Assembly (NCBI GenBank): GCA_944324305.1
Contig: CALUVV010000006.1
Location: 90,655 to 154,654 of the forward strand
Reading direction: 5' to 3'
Length of the DNA stretch: 64,000 nucleotides
From: Candidatus Gastranaerophilales bacterium
GTDB lineage: Bacteria > Cyanobacteriota > Vampirovibrionia > Gastranaerophilales > Gastranaerophilaceae
Made by a program: the position numbers and the translations under genes. Below the pieces are notes generated by a model, which saw only the letters and a list, made by a program, of their open reading frames with translations, did no database searches and was not told the origin of the DNA. Shown one piece after another: positions 58,500 through 64,000 of this stretch (positions are counted from its first letter, which is position 1; each line of letters opens with the position of its first letter).

Positions 58500-59198
58500 T
58501 TAAAACCTTCGTACATAATAGTTCGGGTCATTTTTTAAATCCGTTTTTAATTTTGAGAGTTCAGGAATATCATTTATTTTAGAAAGAATTTTTGCGGTTT
58601 TTTCTCTTATAGTATATTCCCTGATATTCTTAGTTTCTGTCAGAATTTCGGTAAGCTTGCGTTTGTCAATAAATTCATGGAATTCGCTTATGGTTTCAAG
58701 ATACCAGTAAAGTTTAAAAACTTCTTTGTTAATTTTATATTTTCCGTCTTGAAAATCAAAGTCTTTAATTGGTTCTATTAACTCTGATGTTCTTTTTGCA
58801 AGCATATTACAAAATTGATTTGTGAATTTTGGAATATTTTTAAGACTTTTTATTGCTTCTATAGTATTTCTGCAAATATTTCCGTTTATATCTATAACAG
58901 CATCAAGCAGAATTTCTGAAAATTCGGTAAAGAATTCAGGGGTAGACGGTATAAACTCTTTTAGCCTGAATGATACGGCTTCCCGTATTTTTCCGTCACA
59001 ACCGGTTAAATTTTGAATAAATATTTTTGCTTCGTCAATAGAATTTATTTTATCAAGCTTTAATGCTGCAGCTTGTTTTTCGGCTACAGAGCCTTGTTTT
59101 AAAAACTCAATAAGATGTTCATGTGAATATGAATTTTCATATATATTTAAAGCTGTATTAAAATCATTATTATATTTTTCTGTAAGAATATCGTTCAA
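58500..59198 (-). CDS. HEAT-repeat-like protein
   Basis: Helical repeat pattern with a PBS-lyase/HEAT-type motif (NDPNYYVRR). Confidence 0.55.
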   Translation of the reverse strand: MNDILTEKYNNDFNTALNIYENSYSHEHLIEFLKQGSVAEKQAAALKLDKINSIDEAKIFIQNLTGCDGKIREAVSFRLKEFIPSTPEFFTEFSEILLDAVIDINGNICRNTIEAIKSLKNIPKFTNQFCNMLAKRTSELIEPIKDFDFQDGKYKINKEVFKLYWYLETISEFHEFIDKRKLTEILTETKNIREYTIREKTAKILSKINDIPELSKLKTDLKNDPNYYVRRF

Positions 59199-59323
59199 AT
59201 TTTGCTCCTAAGGTCGTTATATCAATAATATAACATAAACTACAATGTTTTTTTAAGTCAAAATAGTTTTAATGAATGATATAAATTTTGGATATTAGAT
59301 TATAATAATTTTAGGAGAACATC

Positions 59324-59503
59324 ATGAAAGAAATTCTTACGTTTTTTAAAGACATCTTTATGCTGAGTGATGAAAATTCAAAGGTAAAAATAGGTTTATC
59401 ACAGTTTAAAGAAGAAGATATTCAGGAGAAAAAAAAGGCTAAAAAAGTTTCAAAAATTCAGAAAGAAGTAAAAATTTCTGATTTAATGAGAAGAAGTGCT
59501 TAA
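59324..59503 (+). CDS. small Lys-rich hypothetical protein (59 aa), absent from the ORF track
   Basis: ATG 59324 with GGAG 8 nt upstream and TATAAT at 59301-59306. My translation starts MKEILTFFKDIFMLSDENSKVKIGLSQFKEEDIQEKKKAKK... Confidence 0.45.
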   Translation: MKEILTFFKDIFMLSDENSKVKIGLSQFKEEDIQEKKKAKKVSKIQKEVKISDLMRRSA

Positions 59504-59534
59504 ATTTTTTTATTAGATTTATGGAAAGGAGCAG

Positions 59535-59557
59535 CCAGCGTAGCCGCTGGACCCGCC
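59535..59557 (+). repeat. GC-rich hairpin motif copy (CCAGCG-TAGC-CGCTGG-ACCCGCC) upstream of the L9 leader
   Basis: Stem 59535-59540 pairs with 59545-59550. The flanks match the L1 leader motif. It is preceded by a duplicated RBS block (59521-59533 equals 59590-59602). Confidence 0.6.
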
Positions 59558-59631
59558 ATATCTGGTGTTGTATAATTTTATTGAAAATTATGGAAAGGAG
59601 CAATTATGAAAAGATTAAAACTTAAAACGTC

Positions 59632-59642
59632 GGGGGGGGGGG
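59632..59642 (+). repeat. homopolymer G11 in the L9 leader; putative phase switch
   Basis: ATG 59606 (MKRLKLKTS), G11, then TGA at 59663. Offset to GTG 59685 is 79 nt (mod 3 = 1), so G10 or G13 would fuse the frames. Confidence 0.7.
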
Positions 59643-59684
59643 TTAAGCACTCTATTATGTCTTGAAAGTTCATTCAAAACATTC

Positions 59685-60413
59685 GTGTCGGGTCAAGCGG
59701 CACGCTTGGGTTTTACTTTAGCAGAGGTATTGTTAACTTTAGGGATTATCGGTGTTGTTTGCGCCCTGACTTTGCCGTCTTTGATTGCAAATCATAAAGA
59801 AAAGGAAACTGTAACAAGATTAAAAAAAGCCTATTCAACTTTATCTAATGCCTACACAGGTGTATTAAACGAATATGGTTCGCCCCCTGATTGGAATGTC
59901 GAAAGTTGGGACGATGTTGTAGTAATGTTTTCAAAATATATTCAAAATGTACGTGTTTGTACTTTGATGCAAGGCGGATGTTTTTTCTCTGAAGTAAGAA
60001 AGGATTTGAGGAATAATAAGGTTGACCAGATGGCTTCTATGTCTTCTCTGGTAATGAGTGACGGTATTGTTATGGGTATCGGACATCAGATAGGTGTGGA
60101 ACAGGCATTACCCTGTGAAAATTTAAATTATTGTTTTCAATTTGAAGTTGATATAAACGGTGATAAACGTCCAAATCGTTGGGGCGAAGATACATTTACT
60201 TTTGTTGTCACAAAAGATAAAGTAATTCCGCGTGGAGGGAAAGATACTCATGGCAGACAGAAAATGTGTGATCCTTCTGCTTCTTCAACTTCAGCCGGCT
60301 GGTATAACGGGTCAGGATGCGCAGCATGGGTTATACAATCGGAAAATTTAGATTATCTTAAATGTGTAAAAGGTAATCAGAAATATTGTAATAAAGATTA
60401 TTATTTTAATTAA
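59685..60413 (+). CDS. type IV prepilin-like protein (L9)
   Basis: ...QAARLG|FTLAEVLLTLGIIGVVCALTLPSLIANHKEKE. The ORF-track start is a GTG with no RBS. The natural start appears to be ATG 59606. Confidence 0.85.
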   Translation: MSGQAARLGFTLAEVLLTLGIIGVVCALTLPSLIANHKEKETVTRLKKAYSTLSNAYTGVLNEYGSPPDWNVESWDDVVVMFSKYIQNVRVCTLMQGGCFFSEVRKDLRNNKVDQMASMSSLVMSDGIVMGIGHQIGVEQALPCENLNYCFQFEVDINGDKRPNRWGEDTFTFVVTKDKVIPRGGKDTHGRQKMCDPSASSTSAGWYNGSGCAAWVIQSENLDYLKCVKGNQKYCNKDYYFN

Positions 60414-60991
60414 TATTCAATCCCTTTTCTTGCTGCAATCCCTGTATCCCAGTAGTGCTTAACAGGTTTGATTTCAGATACAAGGTGGGCAATATCTATA
60501 ATTTCCTGCCTTGCATTTCTGCCTGTAAGTACAATTTCCATTTCTTCAGGCTTGTTCCTCAGAACTTCAAGCATATCATTAATATCAATGAACCCTAAAT
60601 CAATTGCAATATTAGCTTCATCGAGAATTATGAGATTGTATTCATCATTTTTAATTGCTTTTTTTGCAAGTTCCCAGCCTTTTTTTATTTCTTCGGCATC
60701 ATCTTGAGTTTTGTTGTCTGAATATACAATTCTGTCAAGACCGGCTTGAACAATTGTCAGGTTTTTTGAAATTTCAGGCGACAGATTTCTGAAAGAGTTA
60801 AGTTCTCCGTAATCATCCCCGCCCTTTGTAAACATTATAATAAGAACTTTCCAGCAGCGTCCTAAAGCTCTCATTGCAAGTCCGAGTGACGCCGTTGTTT
60901 TACCTTTGCCGTCACCTGTATAAACCTGTATATATCCGTGTTTTGCCCAATTCGGATTTATTAAATTGTTGTTATCGCAATTGTACGTCAT
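60410..60991 (-). CDS. cobO: cob(I)yrinic acid a,c-diamide adenosyltransferase paralog
   Basis: VYTGDGKGKTTASLGLAMRALGRCWKV...FTKGG. Second copy in the window. Confidence 0.85.
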   Translation of the reverse strand: MTYNCDNNNLINPNWAKHGYIQVYTGDGKGKTTASLGLAMRALGRCWKVLIIMFTKGGDDYGELNSFRNLSPEISKNLTIVQAGLDRIVYSDNKTQDDAEEIKKGWELAKKAIKNDEYNLIILDEANIAIDLGFIDINDMLEVLRNKPEEMEIVLTGRNARQEIIDIAHLVSEIKPVKHYWDTGIAARKGIEY

Positions 60992-61015
60992 TTGTATTTA
61001 TTATATATTAAAAAC

Positions 61016-61528
61016 ATGGATAGTAAAATTGACTTACGGATTAGGGCTAAAAGTATAAGAAAAAATTTAGATATGCAGTCAATAAGTGCTTCTGCCGCTG
61101 CTAAAATCAGACAACTTGATTTTTATAAATCGGCAGAAAATATTTTAATATTCTATCCTATGAAAAATGAGATTAATTTGCTCGAATTGATGAATGATGA
61201 TAAGAACTTTTATCTTCCGAAAGTCTGTGGTGATAAACTTTTTGTCTGTCCTTTTCAAAAGGGGGATAAGCTTGAAAAATCCTGCTTTAACACGGATGAA
61301 CCCTGTACAAATCCTGTAAGTTCCGATATTTTGGATTTAGTATTTCTTCCTGCTCTTATGGCTGACTGTGAAGGTTACAGGTTGGGTTATGGCGGCGGTT
61401 TCTACGACAGATTTTTATCTGAAAATCCGTCAGTGTTTTCAGTTTTGCCTATTCCAAAAGAATTACATGTCGAAAAGCTCCCGCGAGAATATTTTGATAT
61501 AAAAGCTGATACTGTTATCATGGTTTAA
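61016..61528 (+). CDS. 5-formyltetrahydrofolate cyclo-ligase
   Basis: GYRLGYGGGFYDRFL motif. ATG 61016 preferred to ORF-track 60992. Confidence 0.85.
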   Translation: MDSKIDLRIRAKSIRKNLDMQSISASAAAKIRQLDFYKSAENILIFYPMKNEINLLELMNDDKNFYLPKVCGDKLFVCPFQKGDKLEKSCFNTDEPCTNPVSSDILDLVFLPALMADCEGYRLGYGGGFYDRFLSENPSVFSVLPIPKELHVEKLPREYFDIKADTVIMV

Positions 61529-61535
61529 CAAGGTT

Positions 61536-61566
61536 AAAAGGAGTTCACTATTAAGTGAACCCCTTA
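61536..61566. terminator. hairpin between convergent genes (T-run on the minus strand)
   Basis: GTTCACT-ATTA-AGTGAAC stem. The minus-strand reading is followed by TTTT. Confidence 0.5.
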
Positions 61567-61606
61567 CAGGTTAGTTAAGGATAGGATGTATTAAGTAAAA
61601 ATTCTA

Positions 61607-62122
61607 TTAGTATTCAGGTTTCCACATTTTTATTTCGTTTTCTTCACCCTGTTTACATGCTTCGTATTCTTGTTCAAGAAGTTTTAATTGAGTTTCAAGT
61701 TTTACTTTTTCTTGTTGAATTTGTTTTTCCTGTTCGTTAAGAAGTTTTGCTTCTTGTTTTCCCATTCTTTCACGTTCTTGATCATAAAGATTTTTAAAGA
61801 TCCATTGCTGATACATCATTTGCATATTAGGATCTTGCATTTGCTGCATTTGCATTGCTATCATCGGCTGCATCATACCGAATTTTTGCTGCGCACCGAA
61901 TAATGCTCCGTTATGAGCATATTGCATAAACATCATTTGACGTCCGAACATTGAACTTGGAGTATTCATCATATCGTTCATTGAAACAGAACCGTCAGCT
62001 ATATTTGCTGCATACTGCTGCAAATCAGATAACTTTCTGGTCAGGTTCATCAAACGATACTGAAGTTCGTTCTTTCGATGAATAATGTCTAATTTTCGGT
62101 ATGCGAAAATTAATAGACCCAT
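61607..62122 (-). CDS. hypothetical Gln/Met-rich coiled-coil protein
   Basis: 171-aa ORF. No family recognised. Confidence 0.5.
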   Translation of the reverse strand: MGLLIFAYRKLDIIHRKNELQYRLMNLTRKLSDLQQYAANIADGSVSMNDMMNTPSSMFGRQMMFMQYAHNGALFGAQQKFGMMQPMIAMQMQQMQDPNMQMMYQQWIFKNLYDQERERMGKQEAKLLNEQEKQIQQEKVKLETQLKLLEQEYEACKQGEENEIKMWKPEY

Positions 62123-62186
62123 TGTCGTTTCTCCTACCTTTAATTGTTAAACTAACCTTTGTAACCTTTTAACCTTACATGAATAT

Positions 62187-62220
62187 AAAAACATGCAACT
62201 CCTTGGAATTGCATGTTTTT
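62187..62220 (-). terminator. rho-independent terminator after clpP
   Basis: AAAACATGCAA...TTGCATGTTTT stem. T-run on the minus strand. Confidence 0.65.
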
Positions 62221-62246
62221 GACTGTTTTGTTAAGTTATGTTACAT

Positions 62247-62861
62247 TTATCTGTTTTCTTTAGTAATAACTTTGTCAATAAGACCGTATTCTAAAGCTTG
62301 TTGTGCTGTTAAGAAGTGGTCGCGTTCACAATCTTCTTTAACTTTTTCAATAGGCTGACCTGAATTATTTGCAATAATTTCAATCAACATATCTTTCATT
62401 CTTAAAATTTCTTTAGCTTCGATTTCTATATCCGTAGCCTGACCTTTAGCACCTCCGAGCGGCTGGTGAATCATTACTCTTGAATTCGGCAGAGCCATTC
62501 TTTTTCCTTTTGTACCGGAACAAAGAAGGAATGCACCCATTGATGCCGCATCGCCCAGACAAATTGTTGATACATCAGATTTTATTAACTGCATTGTGTC
62601 ATAAATTGCCATACCTGCGGTGATTACTCCTCCGGGGCTGTTAATATATAACATAATATCTTTTTCGGAATTTTCACTGTCTAACAGTAATAGCTGCGCA
62701 ACAACCGAATTTGCAACATCATCATCAATTTCTGTTCCGAGGAAAATAATTCTCTCTCTAAGCAAGCGCGAAAATATATCAAAAGAACGTTCTCCGCGTG
62801 ATGATGCTTCTATAACAGTGGGTACGTAACCCATTATTTTCATATAAGTTTCCTGATCCAT
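62247..62861 (-). CDS. clpP: ATP-dependent Clp protease proteolytic subunit
   Basis: Catalytic contexts [11 protein letters not shown] (Ser) and MIHQPLGG (His). Confidence 0.97.
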   Translation of the reverse strand: MDQETYMKIMGYVPTVIEASSRGERSFDIFSRLLRERIIFLGTEIDDDVANSVVAQLLLLDSENSEKDIMLYINSPGGVITAGMAIYDTMQLIKSDVSTICLGDAASMGAFLLCSGTKGKRMALPNSRVMIHQPLGGAKGQATDIEIEAKEILRMKDMLIEIIANNSGQPIEKVKEDCERDHFLTAQQALEYGLIDKVITKENR

Positions 62862-63029
62862 TTTTCTCTCCTATATAATATATATATTATATTACAAAAA
62901 TAAAATACATCCTATTAAAGAATTAAATTCTAATATTAACAAATGTAACAAATTGCCTTCATGCTGAAATCAGACTTATACATAATTGTTTATATATGTA
63001 AGAGAGCTTAAAAAGAGAGGACGAGAGAG

Positions 63030-63419
63030 ATGGCAATTTCTAATATTCATGAAACATTGTTGCTTTATACAAAACAAAAATCATTGATTAATGATAAATT
63101 GTCAACTAATATGATGAATTTATTGAATTCGTCTAAGCAAACAGCTGAAAATCAGGCTAAGTATAACGATCAGATGGATAATATTTACTATAATTACTAT
63201 GAAGATGATCCTGAAACTTATGAATTGTTAACAGAGCAGCTTGAACAGGAACATGAACTGGAACTGGCTAATATAAACTCCTGGGAACAAGAGTTGGAAT
63301 TAGAAAAAAATAACTTAGAAACACAATTAAATGAAATAAATACTTTTGAATCCAGTTGGACTAAATTATTACAAACTAATATTAAGAGCGACTTTTCATA
63401 CGGAGGTGTACAACAGTAA
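63030..63419 (+). CDS. hypothetical coiled-coil protein
   Basis: 129-aa ORF with GAGAGG upstream. E/L/N-rich heptads. Confidence 0.5.
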   Translation: MAISNIHETLLLYTKQKSLINDKLSTNMMNLLNSSKQTAENQAKYNDQMDNIYYNYYEDDPETYELLTEQLEQEHELELANINSWEQELELEKNNLETQLNEINTFESSWTKLLQTNIKSDFSYGGVQQ

Positions 63420-63445
63420 GTTAACACAATTAAATAGCGGATTTC

Positions 63446-63474
63446 AAAAAAGCGGGTTTAGACCCGCTTTTTTG
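63446..63474 (+). terminator. rho-independent terminator
   Basis: AGCGGGT-TTAG-ACCCGCT followed by TTTTT. Confidence 0.75.
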
Positions 63475-63489
63475 TTGTATTATAAATAT

Positions 63490-64000
63490 ATGCTTGATAA
63501 TGGAGAAAAACTCGGAGCTTTTATTGTTCCTACAGGGATTGGTGCTTCAATCGGCGGATATGCCGGTGATGCATCGGCTTATGCCGCCAAATTTTCCGAA
63601 ATTTCAAGACTTATTGTAAATCCTAACGTTGTAAATGCGGGATGCTTTTCGGGAATTAACAAAAACATGTTTTACGTTGAAGGGTATACAATTGATGAGT
63701 TTTTTAAAGGTAAAGTGAATTTAATACCATCTGTAAAGAATAAAATAGGTGTAGTATTTGATAAAGCTATACCCGAAGATGTATTAAACATTCATATAAA
63801 TACTATAAATGCCGTTAAGTGTGTTTACGGTACAGATATTCGGCAATGGGTTATTACATCGCAAGATGTCGGAGTTGAGTTTAAAATTGAGGCTAACGGT
63901 ATTTCTACAGGAAGTGTGCGGAATATAAAAACAATTCTTGAAGCTTCAAAAAAACTTTTAAGTTGCGGTTGTAATGCAATTGCGCTTGTTTGCCTGTTTG
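63490..64000 (+). CDS. DUF3326-like protein, 3' end cut by window edge
   Basis: My translation starts MLDNGEKLGAFIVPTGIGASIGGYAGDASAYAAKFSE... and stays open to the window end. This pattern is recalled from a cyanobacterial/plastid-lineage family. Confidence 0.6.
   Translation, partial: MLDNGEKLGAFIVPTGIGASIGGYAGDASAYAAKFSEISRLIVNPNVVNAGCFSGINKNMFYVEGYTIDEFFKGKVNLIPSVKNKIGVVFDKAIPEDVLNIHINTINAVKCVYGTDIRQWVITSQDVGVEFKIEANGISTGSVRNIKTILEASKKLLSCGCNAIALVCLF

Overview
AT-rich bacterial chromosomal window. I saw no rRNA, CRISPR array, transposase or integrase. Most of it is housekeeping: kdsA (partial), pheS, gatB, folP, cdd, an S41 C-terminal protease, gltX, rsmH-ftsL, gyrB, adk-map, tmk, fliA, flagellar rod genes flgF/G/B/C, uvrA, tsf-rpsB, rimP-nusA, tuf, clpP, two cobO-type adenosyltransferases and one tRNA-Leu(GAG). 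EF-Tu and a DUF3326-like ORF look cyanobacteria-like, yet the gene content is flagellated and non-photosynthetic. From this I infer (not prove) a Melainabacteria/Vampirovibrionia-like organism. The main feature is a dispersed family of nine type IV prepilin-like genes with N-termini of the form FTLAEVL.TLGIIGVV. Seven of them sit behind a short module of RBS, ATG, 7-9 codons, then a G10 or G11 homopolymer. The run is always G on the given strand. In all seven, the ATG frame is out of register with the pilin frame by exactly what a 1-nt change in run length would fix. The Phe1-Glu5 processing motif has no other start codon upstream. This looks like a multi-locus, independently switchable (phase-variable) pilin repertoire, with every switchable copy OFF in this assembly. 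Four copies also share near-identical 5' and 3' blocks around a variable core, a cassette-like layout. Secondary observations: a recurrent GC-rich hairpin motif with compensatory stem changes, a promoter plus terminator-like leader upstream of rsmH, several small ORFs missing from the ORF track (zinc ribbon, AbrB-like, ribbon-helix-helix), and a small AT-rich accessory islet after tuf.
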